Origin: an uncultured Clostridia bacterium
Lineage (GTDB): Bacteria > Bacillota > Clostridia > Oscillospirales > Ruminococcaceae
DNA: 64,000 nt
Direction: 5' to 3'
Assembly: GCA_947304245.1 (NCBI GenBank)
Contig: CAMZAK010000002.1
Coordinates: 4,977 to 68,976, forward strand
Both the position numbers and the translations under genes were made by a program. The notes under the pieces were generated by a model that ran no database searches, had not been told where the DNA came from, and was given only the letters and a program-made list of their open reading frames with translations. Positions 27,738 to 37,002 of the stretch are shown here, piece by piece. Position 1 is the stretch's first letter, and each line of letters begins with the position of its first letter.

Positions 27738-29753
27738 TTAATTTTTAATAATCTTTAAAATTTCTTCTTTTAAATTAATCTTCTCTTTTTTTTCTTTAAA
27801 ATATAGCCCATCTAGTTCTTTTTTTAAAATTCCTTCTCTTAAAAAAATTTTTAAAATTACAGCAAGTTTAAAATAACTAATTTTTCTGTGAATTAATAAA
27901 TATAGCTCATAACAATTCCCATAAAAAACCTTAATATTTTTTAAAATATTGTAAACATATGAAAAATCTTCTCTTTTTGGTTGCTCTAGTTCTTTAGAAA
28001 GCTCAAAATCTTCTTTTTTATTTTTAACTAATCTTTCAAATTCAAACCATTCTAAAATTAAGCGCTTTTGTTTTACCTCAATAGGCCTAAAGTCCACCAT
28101 TTTAAAACTAACGCTAGAAATTCCTCTAAAACAGTTAACATAAACATTAACCAATAAATTAAAACAACTGCCAACTTTAAAATAAAACCTAGAAGGTTTT
28201 TTGTTAAAAAGCAAAACTTCAAAATAAAAATCTTTAAACAAAAAACCTAGTTTCGTGTGTTTGTCTTCACTTAAGGCAAACTTTTTAGTTAAAACTGCAT
28301 TTTTTATTAAAAATATTGGTTCATTGTTTTTTTGCCCAAAAGGAGCTAACTTATTTAATTCTTCAACATCTTTAACGTTAATTTTAGAAGGGTTAATTTC
28401 GCAATCCAGATAAATTTCTTCTAATTTTGGTTTATTAATTTTAGAATAGTTTAAAATTTTTTGTTTAAATTTTAAAAAATTCTCAAACTTTAAACTAAAT
28501 CCTCCTGCTAAATTGTGCCCTCCCCATTTTAAAAAAAATTCACTAGCAAATTTTAATGCCTCGTAAACAGAAAATCCTTCAAAAGAACGCGCAGAACCAG
28601 TTAAAATCTCCCCTTCCTTAACAATAACAAAACTTGGTTTTTTAAAAAAATTTAAAAGCCGTGCTGCAACAATTCCCGCTAAACCAGAATTCCAGTTTTC
28701 TTTGTAAACTACTATAACATCTTGTTCATCTTCTTCCATTGCTTTTTCAACTGCTTCTTTAAACATGAGTTCACCAATTTTTTTTCTGTTAGCATTATGT
28801 TTTAAAACCTTGTTTAAAAAAAATTCTACTTCTTTTTGTGTTTTTGCAGTTAAAAGTTTAAAAGAATCTTTAGCAGAATTAAGCCTTCCAGAAGAATTAA
28901 TTAAAGGGCAAACATAAAAAGAAACATCTAAAGAAGAAATTTCTTTTTTGTTTTTAAATAGTGCATTTATAATGTTTTTTAAAGCTAAATTTTTAGTCTT
29001 TTTTAAATTTTCTAGCCCTTTTTTAACAACCATCTTGTTTTCACAAACCAACGGCATAACATCCCCAATTGTGGAAATTGCTAAAAGTTCTGAATAGTTC
29101 CCCAAAATTTCTTCACATTCTTTTTTTTCTAACGCAGCAACTAGTTTAAAAGCAACAAACGCGCCAGAAATTTCTTTAAATTTTGTTAAATCATCTTTTC
29201 TTTTTGGGTTTAAAACAGAAAATGCATTAGGAATTTGCTCTAAAGCATTGTGATGATCTGTTATTATAACATCTATTCCTAACTTTTTTGCATACTCAAC
29301 TTCATTAAAAGAAACAATTCCGGTGTCTACTGTAATTATTAAACTAACACCTTTTAGTTTAAATTCATCGATGCAGTTAAAATTTAAACCGTAGCCTTCA
29401 TTCCTTTCGGGGATGTGAAAAATTACATCTTTTGCCTTGTCTTTAAAAAATTCATGTAAAATTGCAGCAGCACAAATTCCGTCGCAATCGTAATCTGCAA
29501 AAACAGCAATTTTTTCTTTTTTTTGCAGCGCTTCATCAATTCTTTTAACTGCTTTTTTAACATCTTTTAACGAAGAATATGGCTCAATTTCTCTTTTAAA
29601 AAATCTTTCTTTTAAACTAAAATTTTCAAACTCTTTTTCATAAGCTCTAGAAAGTAAAACATTTAAACTAAGCCCTAAAACTTTAAATTTTTTTTTTAAT
29701 TCTTCTTCTTTTTCTTTTGCTCTTTTTCTCATTTTCCAAATGTTTAAATTCAT
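27738..29753 (-). CDS. recJ: Single-stranded-DNA-specific exonuclease RecJ
   Basis: DHH family motifs are present: ADYDCDGICAAAIL, ITVDTGI, ITDHH, and DHHA1 GGHNLAGGFSL. Confidence 0.85.
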   Translation of the reverse strand: MNLNIWKMRKRAKEKEEELKKKFKVLGLSLNVLLSRAYEKEFENFSLKERFFKREIEPYSSLKDVKKAVKRIDEALQKKEKIAVFADYDCDGICAAAILHEFFKDKAKDVIFHIPERNEGYGLNFNCIDEFKLKGVSLIITVDTGIVSFNEVEYAKKLGIDVIITDHHNALEQIPNAFSVLNPKRKDDLTKFKEISGAFVAFKLVAALEKKECEEILGNYSELLAISTIGDVMPLVCENKMVVKKGLENLKKTKNLALKNIINALFKNKKEISSLDVSFYVCPLINSSGRLNSAKDSFKLLTAKTQKEVEFFLNKVLKHNANRKKIGELMFKEAVEKAMEEDEQDVIVVYKENWNSGLAGIVAARLLNFFKKPSFVIVKEGEILTGSARSFEGFSVYEALKFASEFFLKWGGHNLAGGFSLKFENFLKFKQKILNYSKINKPKLEEIYLDCEINPSKINVKDVEELNKLAPFGQKNNEPIFLIKNAVLTKKFALSEDKHTKLGFLFKDFYFEVLLFNKKPSRFYFKVGSCFNLLVNVYVNCFRGISSVSFKMVDFRPIEVKQKRLILEWFEFERLVKNKKEDFELSKELEQPKREDFSYVYNILKNIKVFYGNCYELYLLIHRKISYFKLAVILKIFLREGILKKELDGLYFKEKKEKINLKEEILKIIKN

Positions 29754-30000
29754 AAGTTTTACTCTTCTTTCTAAATGTGAAAAATTAAATCTTTTTTATT
29801 TTAAATTAACTTTTAAATTTAAATAAAAATTCAACACATTAAAAAATTATATAATAAACATAAAATTATTGCAATTTTTTAATTATGTTTATTTCTTACT
29901 TTTTTCATATTTATTTATATTAATTCATGCAAAATTAAATTATAATAAAAACAGCACAACAAAATATTAATTATTTATTTGAAATAGTTAATAAAATAAC

Positions 30001-30028
30001 TTGACAAATATTTTATAGATATTAAAAT
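30001..30028 (+). promoter_or_regulatory. Candidate SigA promoter for tRNA-Leu(CAA)
   Basis: TTGACA (30001-30006), 16 nt, TAAAAT (30023-30028), about 20 nt upstream of the tRNA. Confidence 0.4.
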
Positions 30029-30049
30029 TATATAGGTGACGTTAAATTA

Positions 30050-30135
30050 GCCGGTGTGGCGGAACGGCAGACGCGACGGACTCAAAATCCGTTAACCATC
30101 TGGTTGTGTGGGTTCAAATCCCACCACCGGCACCA
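30050..30135 (+). tRNA. tRNA-Leu (anticodon CAA)
   Basis: GCCGGTG-TG-GCG..CGC-G-ACGGA-CTCAAAA-TCCGT-variable arm-GTGGG-TTCAAAT-CCCAC-CACCGGC-A-CCA. Confidence 0.85.
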
Positions 30136-30244
30136 GTTTTCAAATTAACTAAAATAAATCACTAAAATTTGTTTTTAATTTAAAATAAACATCAGTATAG
30201 TAAAATATTTTAAAAATAATTTAATAATTTCAAATTTTTTATAA

Positions 30245-30700
30245 CGGCGAAATAAACTTTTAAAGATTGAGTCTTACTTAATATGTTTAAATTAATAGTA
30301 ATTTAATAAGAAATTAATGAAATTAACAAAAAGATTGGATAAGATTTTCAAATATTTATGATGTTAAAATTATTGTAAACACCATTTAAAAATGCTATTT
30401 TATTTTATGGGCCATACACAACATTTTACTCCACTACCCAACAGATTTAAAAACTAGATTTCAACCCCAAAACCTAATACACACAACGGTTATTAACCCT
30501 AGAGAGGTCTCATTTGAAATTAAAATTAGAACAAAAGATATGCATTACACTGCTGAATACGGTATTGCGGCACACTGGAAATATAGGTGAAACATTAATT
30601 AAAAAAACCATAAGAAAAGCTTTCATGGATTAGAAGAATAATTGAAACACAAAAAGAATCCGAGTCTTATGATGAATTTTTTAAATCTATTAAGACGTGA
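30245..30700 (+). pseudogene. Decayed fragment of rel (synthetase-domain region), inverted relative to the intact gene
   Basis: It aligns by eye with the reverse complement of about 26520-27040. For example, ...tttcaaccccaaaacctaata...cacacaacggttatt...tttgaaattaaaattagaacaaaagatatgcattacactgctgaatacggtattgcggcacactggaaatata... matches the region encoding [47 protein letters not shown]. It has deletions and stops. Confidence 0.75.
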
Positions 30701-31218
30701 TGCCAAAAATCATATTTATTATTAAAAAACATAAAATTTCTATTTTAATGTGCTTATTATATTTAAATAAAAGTTTTAAAATAACTAATATTAAACTTTA
30801 CATAACAACATAAATGCATTTAGTAATTTAAAAACCTTAACTGGTTGAACAAAAAAACATACTTTTAATACTAAATTAAAAGATAAACTTTATTTGTAAA
30901 ATTAAGCATTTAAACTGTTTTTTAATTAATTTTTTAGTTTTAATAACAAACTACTTAAAACATTTGAGTTAAATTTAAGTTTTTTAAAAATTTATTATTA
31001 ATTGATTTTTTGTTTTGTTTTAATAGACTTTAAAACTTTTCTTAAAAATTTAACTATTTTTTTAATTAATAAATTAAGTTTTCAAAATAATAACAGTTTT
31101 TTTATATATTTTTAATTTTAGTTAAAATTAACATGTTTTTTAATAATAATATTTTTAAAATTTTAATTTAATTTTTTACATTAACTTTAAATTATTAATT
31201 TTTTAGTAATTTAAAATT

Positions 31219-31512
31219 GTTTCTTTACCATGGGCTGAGTTTAAATTACTTTGAAATGTTCTTTTAAAAAATTTATTTCTTCTAATTTTAAAATTCCTGC
31301 CATCAAGCCTGCGTTTTTAAAAGAATCTTGCAGCATTTCTTTATCTTCAGGGTTAATGTATGTTGCTTTAGCATTTAAAGAATTTGCCCCTAGAATGTGG
31401 TCGAAATAGCCATGTTGTTAGAAGAATAAATTCTATTGTTATTTTGTTTTCTTTTATAAAATTTAAAAGTTTTTCATAATAAAAACCAGGGTCTAAAGCA
31501 ACAGCTTCACTC
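31219..31512 (-). pseudogene. Decayed fragment of the MBL-fold hydrolase gene, inverted relative to the copy at 24172-24813
   Basis: The reverse complement aligns with about 24250-24775 (gctgttgctttagaccctggttttta..., aataacaatagaatttattcttctaaca..., gattcttttaaaaacgcagg...). It has internal deletions and frame breaks. Confidence 0.75.
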
Positions 31513-31534
31513 TAAATTTAAAATGATAATCTCC

Positions 31535-31610
31535 TGGCGTCCCAGGAAGGATTCGAACCTCCGACACCTGCCTTAGGAGGGCAGTGCTCTGTCCCCTGAG
31601 CTACTGAGAC
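31535..31610 (-). tRNA. tRNA-Arg (anticodon CCT)
   Basis: Reverse complement GTCTCAG-TA-GCTC-AGGGGACA-GAGC-A-CTGCC-CTCCTAA-GGCAG-GTGTC-GGAGG-TTCGAAT-CCTTC-CTGGGAC-G-CCA. Confidence 0.85.
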
Positions 31611-31660
31611 AACATTAAATTGCAAAACCATTATTACTATAACAAAAATTTAAAGTTAGT

Positions 31661-33043
31661 TCAACCATTATCGTTACTTTTAACCACTTTTTTAGAATTT
31701 TCTTTTATTTTTAATTTATGTTCTTTAGTTATTTTAAAAATCTTCGGGCTTAAAATTAATATTGCAATTAAATTAGGGTATGCCATTAAAGCATTAAAAA
31801 CATCAGATAAATGCCAAACAAGTTCCATTGCGCAAACTCCGCCAACTCCAATTGAAATTATGTAAATTATTCTATAAATTAAAACAAATTTATTGTTTTT
31901 AGTAATATATTTAATGGATTGTTCGGCGTAATAACACCAGCTCATTGTTGTTGTAAAACCAAAAAGCGCAGTCCCAATTCCTAAAATAATGTTGGAAAAA
32001 AAACCAACTTCTTTAGAAAAAGCAAACATTGTTAGTTGTTCTTTGTTTTCACACAACTCTAAAGCTCCAGTTGAAATAATAACTAATGCAGTCATTGTGC
32101 ATAAAACTATTGTGTTAAAAAACACTTCAAAAATTCCCCACTCACCCTGCTTAACCTTAGACTTAACATTAGAAGCAGCATGAGCAATAGGAGAAGAGCC
32201 AAGCCCAGCTTCACTAACAAAAACACTTCTAGAAATTCCATACTGCATAGCAGCATTAACACAATAACCAAGCCCCCCTCCAACAGAAGCTTTAAAATTA
32301 AATGCACTATTAAAAATTAACCTAAAACATTCTGGTATTACTGCAATATTTTTAAATATTATAAATAAAGAAATTAATATGTATGTTAAAGACATAAAAG
32401 GCACAATTCTTTCAGAAATTGCACCAACTCTTTTAATTCCTCCAATTATTATAACAAAAAAAACAATCATAACAACAATTGAAGTAATATATTTCGGAAC
32501 TCCAAACCCTTTTTCCAAGGCTATTGCAGCAGAATTAGTTTGCGTTGTGCTGCCTATTCCAAAAGAAGCTAAAATGCAAAAAACAGAGAAAATCTTTCCT
32601 AAAAACTTAAAATTAAGCCCTTTCTCCATAACATACATAGGGCCCCCGCAATAAAGCCCATCTCTACCTAAAACCCTATATTTAACAGAAAGCAAAACCT
32701 CGGAATATTTAAGCATCATTCCAAAAAAAGCACTAACCCACATCCAAAAAATGGCACCTGGCCCTCCTGTTACTAGTGCAGTTGCCACTCCGAAAATGTT
32801 CCCTGTTCCAATGCTTCCCGCTAAAGCTGTTGAAACAGCCTGAAAAGAAGAAATACCATCACTAGATTTTTCATCTTTTTTTATGCTTCCTATGGTGTTT
32901 TTTAAAATATCTTTCACATTAAATATTTGAAAAAAACCTGTAAAAACTGTAATATAAATCCCCACTCCTAAAATTAATGCTATTGTGCAAGGTCCCCATA
33001 AAAAATTTCTAAAATTTTTAACTAAAATTAAAAAAAACTCCAT
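31661..33043 (-). CDS. Alanine/glycine:cation symporter (AGCS family)
   Basis: 460 aa and about 11 TM helices. AGCS-like segments are present: ...GISSFQAVSTALAGSIGTGNIFGVATAL..GGPGAIFWMW.... Confidence 0.85.
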   Translation of the reverse strand: MEFFLILVKNFRNFLWGPCTIALILGVGIYITVFTGFFQIFNVKDILKNTIGSIKKDEKSSDGISSFQAVSTALAGSIGTGNIFGVATALVTGGPGAIFWMWVSAFFGMMLKYSEVLLSVKYRVLGRDGLYCGGPMYVMEKGLNFKFLGKIFSVFCILASFGIGSTTQTNSAAIALEKGFGVPKYITSIVVMIVFFVIIIGGIKRVGAISERIVPFMSLTYILISLFIIFKNIAVIPECFRLIFNSAFNFKASVGGGLGYCVNAAMQYGISRSVFVSEAGLGSSPIAHAASNVKSKVKQGEWGIFEVFFNTIVLCTMTALVIISTGALELCENKEQLTMFAFSKEVGFFSNIILGIGTALFGFTTTMSWCYYAEQSIKYITKNNKFVLIYRIIYIISIGVGGVCAMELVWHLSDVFNALMAYPNLIAILILSPKIFKITKEHKLKIKENSKKVVKSNDNG

Positions 33044-33154
33044 TTTAACGCCTCTCTTTTAATAAACTATTGAATTATATATATTAAAAATATTAGAATA
33101 GTTTAAAAAATATTCAAAAAACTAATACTATAGCCATTATAAAATCTTTTAAAT

Positions 33155-35041
33155 TTAACTTTTACTCCCTATTAAATCGTAAGCTAAATTGTTTTCTTTA
33201 GGAGAAGACCCATCAACACAATACCCCTGACTCTCATGTTCACCAGTTAAACTTACACCTCTTTTTATTGTTTTAAACATAATTCCAGTTGGAGAAGAAT
33301 TTCCTTCATTGAGTTTAAATGTTATTTTATATACATGTTCGGGAATAATTTTAATGTCTCCTAGTTTAAACCTTGTGGGTAAATCGCTTTTAAAGTCACA
33401 AGTGTTAAATTTTTCTTTAAACAAAATTTCTTTGCTTTTTTCATCACTAATTAAAACCTCTAGTTCGTGGTTAATTGGTCTATCTATCATAACATCTTTA
33501 AAAAATGTAACTCGCAGTTCATTTAAACTACTCATATCTTTAGCAGCTTTAAAATGTTGTTCTATTACACTGTCCCCATTTAAAGGTTCAAGGTAAACAT
33601 CATGAAAATAAATAAAATCATTTCTAACATAATATTTATTCCCACTAAAAAAAGACACTAAAAAACATAAAATGCAAGGCCCAACAAAAAATAAAAATAC
33701 GCTTAAAAATCTTAATCTAAATACTACGTTTTCCTGCTGAAAATTTTCATTAAAATTTGTTATTGTGTGTTTTGGGTGTTTAAACACAGCTCCTACTAAA
33801 AGTAATGCTGAAAAAAATGTGAAAAATAAATTGTAAGAATTTCTATCTTTTAAAAAGAAAAACAAATCTTTTAATCCATAAATTACATCTGTTGTGAAAG
33901 GAATGATTTTTTCTAATATACCTCTGAAAATTAATTTTTCGTCAACATTGCATTCATAAAATGTTATATTAATTAAACATAAAAACAAAAACAAAAATAT
34001 ATCTACTATGTAAAACACTCTGGCGTTTTTATTAATAACTGCAGAAAACAAAGTAAAAGGCACCATGAAAAGTAACCATTGTGGGTGCCAAAAACTAAGC
34101 CCAAAGGTTAAACAAACAACAACATTGCTAAAATACATCCCCCATTTGAAAACTTCTTCTTTTTCCACTAAGCTAACTTTTTTTAAATATGCCCACACAA
34201 CAACAAAAACCCATGCCACTAAAAATATGCTAATTTTAAAATATCCAGTGTTTAAACCACACCTTGTTAAATAGTTCGTGGCATAAAAACCTAAAACACC
34301 CAACTTAAATGCAGGAGAATGAACATAAAATAAAACCTCAATTGAAATTGGAATTAAAAAAATTAAACAATGCTTAATTATTTTTAAAACCTTCTTCTCT
34401 TTTAAAAAAAGCAATGGAACATAAACTAATAAAGCGAAATATTTAAAAGTCATTGCTATTCCAAAAAACACTGAAAACTTTAACATGTGGTTTTTAAAAT
34501 AGTAATATGTTCCAAGCAAAACAAAAAATAATGTGAAACTATCGTGCTGACTAAAAATTAAAGAGCTAAAAAATGCTAAAGGGGTTGTTAAGAACAAAAA
34601 AGAAATAACCCTACACTTTTTCTCACTAAACCCCATTAATTTAGCTATTTTAAAAATTAAATAAGCACTTCCAAAGAAAAACAAAACAGGCAAAGCCTTA
34701 TACCACATGGTTGCAATAAACGAGGTAGTGTTTATTGCATTCGTCATGGGAGCAGCCACAATTCCTAATAAATATATTGGAATATTCCATATTGCAAATA
34801 GTAAATATGCACTTGGCATGTAAACATTGTAAACAGGCTCAACCTTGTTAGCATAATTAAAATCGTAAAAATCTTTAAAATGCCCACCTAAAAATGAAAT
34901 TGAAGAAGCACCAGTTAGTAAAATATCTACATGAACAAAAACAAAAAAACACAACACCGCCATAAAGCCAAAAACAAACCAATCTAGTTTGTTTATTCTA
35001 GAATTTAAAAGATTTTCAATTTTTTTTAACTTCTCTTTCAT
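33155..35041 (-). CDS. Array paralog P1: unassigned membrane protein, about 13 TM helices plus a ~170-aa C-terminal non-membrane domain
   Basis: 628-aa ORF, collinear with P2-P5. Hydrophobic helices run from residue ~20 to ~460, followed by a hydrophilic beta-rich tail. Confidence 0.8.
   Translation of the reverse strand: MKEKLKKIENLLNSRINKLDWFVFGFMAVLCFFVFVHVDILLTGASSISFLGGHFKDFYDFNYANKVEPVYNVYMPSAYLLFAIWNIPIYLLGIVAAPMTNAINTTSFIATMWYKALPVLFFFGSAYLIFKIAKLMGFSEKKCRVISFLFLTTPLAFFSSLIFSQHDSFTLFFVLLGTYYYFKNHMLKFSVFFGIAMTFKYFALLVYVPLLFLKEKKVLKIIKHCLIFLIPISIEVLFYVHSPAFKLGVLGFYATNYLTRCGLNTGYFKISIFLVAWVFVVVWAYLKKVSLVEKEEVFKWGMYFSNVVVCLTFGLSFWHPQWLLFMVPFTLFSAVINKNARVFYIVDIFLFLFLCLINITFYECNVDEKLIFRGILEKIIPFTTDVIYGLKDLFFFLKDRNSYNLFFTFFSALLLVGAVFKHPKHTITNFNENFQQENVVFRLRFLSVFLFFVGPCILCFLVSFFSGNKYYVRNDFIYFHDVYLEPLNGDSVIEQHFKAAKDMSSLNELRVTFFKDVMIDRPINHELEVLISDEKSKEILFKEKFNTCDFKSDLPTRFKLGDIKIIPEHVYKITFKLNEGNSSPTGIMFKTIKRGVSLTGEHESQGYCVDGSSPKENNLAYDLIGSKS
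34533..35026. repeat. ~490-bp tract with no visible differences from 36442-36935 (P1/P2 5' regions)
   Basis: A line-by-line visual comparison found no differences across the tract. Flanking sequence has scattered substitutions. Confidence 0.8.
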
Positions 35042-35078
35042 TAAACACTCCCATAAATTTTGTTTTTTATAAATTAAC

Positions 35079-36950
35079 CTAGCTCTTTTTCCCTATTAAG
35101 TCTAAAGCTAAATTGTTCTCTTTTTCTAAAGAACCATCAACAAAATAATATTCACCTTCTTTAAATTTAGCTGTTGTTTTAAATAATATATCGGTTAAAT
35201 TTGAATTTCCTTCGTTAAGCCTAAATGTTATTTTATATTCATTTTCAGGAATAATTTTAATTTCTCCTAATTTAAATCTTGTGGGAAACCCATTTTTAAA
35301 ATCACATGTGTTGAATTTTTCTTTAAACAATAAATTTTCATAATTTAAATCTTCAATTGAAATTTCTAGTTCATGGTTAATTGGGCGTTCCATTGAAACG
35401 TTTCTTGCAAATGCAACTCGCAGTTCATTTAAATTGTTCATTTCTTTTAGCGCTTTAAAATGTTGCTCAATTAGGCTATTTCCTTTTAATGGTTCTAAAT
35501 AATTAGAATAACAAGCTGAATTAATATTTTTAAAATAATAATATCTATTTCTACTCCCCAAAGAAATTAAAAAACATAAAATGCAAGGCCCAACAAAAAA
35601 TAAAAATACGCTTAAAAATCTTAATCTAAACACTACGTTTTCCTGCTGAAAATTTTCATTAAACTTTGTTATTGTGTTTTTTGGATTTTTAAACACCACT
35701 CCTACTAAAAGTAATGCTGAAAATAGTGTGAAAAATAAATTATAAGAATTTTTATCTTTTAAAAAGAAATACACATCTCTTAAACTATAAATTACATCTG
35801 TTTCAAAATCTAAAAATTTTCTTATAATTCCAAATCTTGCTAACCACTCATTCATATTTGTTTCAAAATATGTTATTCCTATTAAACACAAAAGCAAAAA
35901 CAAAAATATGTCCGCTATGTAAAACATTCTAGAGTTTTTGTTAATAACTGTAGTAAACAGTGTAAAAGGAACCATGAAAATTAACCATTGTGGATGCCAA
36001 AAACTAAGCCCAAAGGTTAAACAAACAACAACATTGCTAAAATACATCCCCCATTTGAAAACTTCTTCTTTTTCCACTAAGCTAACTTTTTTTAAATATG
36101 CCCACACAACAACAAAAACCCATGCCACTAAAAATATGCTAATTTTAAAATAGCCGGTGTCTAAAACGCATTTTATTAAATAATTTGTTGCTTGAAAACC
36201 TATAACACCAATTTTAAAAGCTGATGAATTAATGTAGCACAAAATTTCTATTGAAATTGGAATTAAAAAAATTAAACAATGCTTAATTATTTTTAAAATT
36301 TTCTTCTCTTTTAAAAAAAGCAATGGAACATAAATAAGTAGTGCAAAATATTTAAAAGTCATTGCTATTCCAAAAAACACTGTAAACTTTAACATGTGGT
36401 TTTTAAAATAGTAATATGTTCCAAGTAAAACAAAAAACAAAGTGAAACTATCGTGCTGACTAAAAATTAAAGAGCTAAAAAATGCTAAAGGGGTTGTTAA
36501 GAACAAAAAAGAAATAACCCTACACTTTTTCTCACTAAACCCCATTAATTTAGCTATTTTAAAAATTAAATAAGCACTTCCAAAGAAAAACAAAACAGGC
36601 AAAGCCTTATACCACATGGTTGCAATAAACGAGGTAGTGTTTATTGCATTCGTCATGGGAGCAGCCACAATTCCTAATAAATATATTGGAATATTCCATA
36701 TTGCAAATAGTAAATATGCACTTGGCATGTAAACATTGTAAACAGGCTCAACCTTGTTAGCATAATTAAAATCGTAAAAATCTTTAAAATGCCCACCTAA
36801 AAATGAAATTGAAGAAGCACCAGTTAGTAAAATATCTACATGAACAAAAACAAAAAAACACAACACCGCCATAAAGCCAAAAACAAACCAATCTAGTTTG
36901 TTTATTCTAGAATTTAAAAGATTTTCAATTTTTTTAAATTTTCCTTTCAT
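35079..36950 (-). CDS. Array paralog P2
   Basis: 623-aa ORF. The N-terminal ~190 aa are identical to P1 except for the first few residues, and part of the C-terminal domain is shared with P3. Confidence 0.8.
   Translation of the reverse strand: MKGKFKKIENLLNSRINKLDWFVFGFMAVLCFFVFVHVDILLTGASSISFLGGHFKDFYDFNYANKVEPVYNVYMPSAYLLFAIWNIPIYLLGIVAAPMTNAINTTSFIATMWYKALPVLFFFGSAYLIFKIAKLMGFSEKKCRVISFLFLTTPLAFFSSLIFSQHDSFTLFFVLLGTYYYFKNHMLKFTVFFGIAMTFKYFALLIYVPLLFLKEKKILKIIKHCLIFLIPISIEILCYINSSAFKIGVIGFQATNYLIKCVLDTGYFKISIFLVAWVFVVVWAYLKKVSLVEKEEVFKWGMYFSNVVVCLTFGLSFWHPQWLIFMVPFTLFTTVINKNSRMFYIADIFLFLLLCLIGITYFETNMNEWLARFGIIRKFLDFETDVIYSLRDVYFFLKDKNSYNLFFTLFSALLLVGVVFKNPKNTITKFNENFQQENVVFRLRFLSVFLFFVGPCILCFLISLGSRNRYYYFKNINSACYSNYLEPLKGNSLIEQHFKALKEMNNLNELRVAFARNVSMERPINHELEISIEDLNYENLLFKEKFNTCDFKNGFPTRFKLGEIKIIPENEYKITFRLNEGNSNLTDILFKTTAKFKEGEYYFVDGSLEKENNLALDLIGKKS
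36442..36935. repeat. Partner of the 34533-35026 tract
   Basis: Same comparison as above, at an offset of 1909 bp. Confidence 0.8.
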
Positions 36951-37002
36951 TGAGCCCCCATGAATTTGAAATTTGTTTATTTAATCTAGCACATTTACTA
37001 AA

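Noticed and set aside
30136-31534. 1.4-kb ORF-free region next to two tRNA genes, considered as a degraded prophage or integrative-element scar
   Set aside because: No integrase, transposase or phage-like ORF fragments are recognisable, and there are no tRNA-3'-end direct repeats. Most of the recognisable sequence is explained by the decayed rel and MBL fragments.
34990-35030. A7-A8 homopolymer tracts within the first ~10 codons of each array paralog, considered as slipped-strand phase-variation switches
   Set aside because: A/T runs of this length are very common throughout this AT-rich sequence, including in housekeeping genes. All five copies are currently in frame, so there is no specific evidence for switching.
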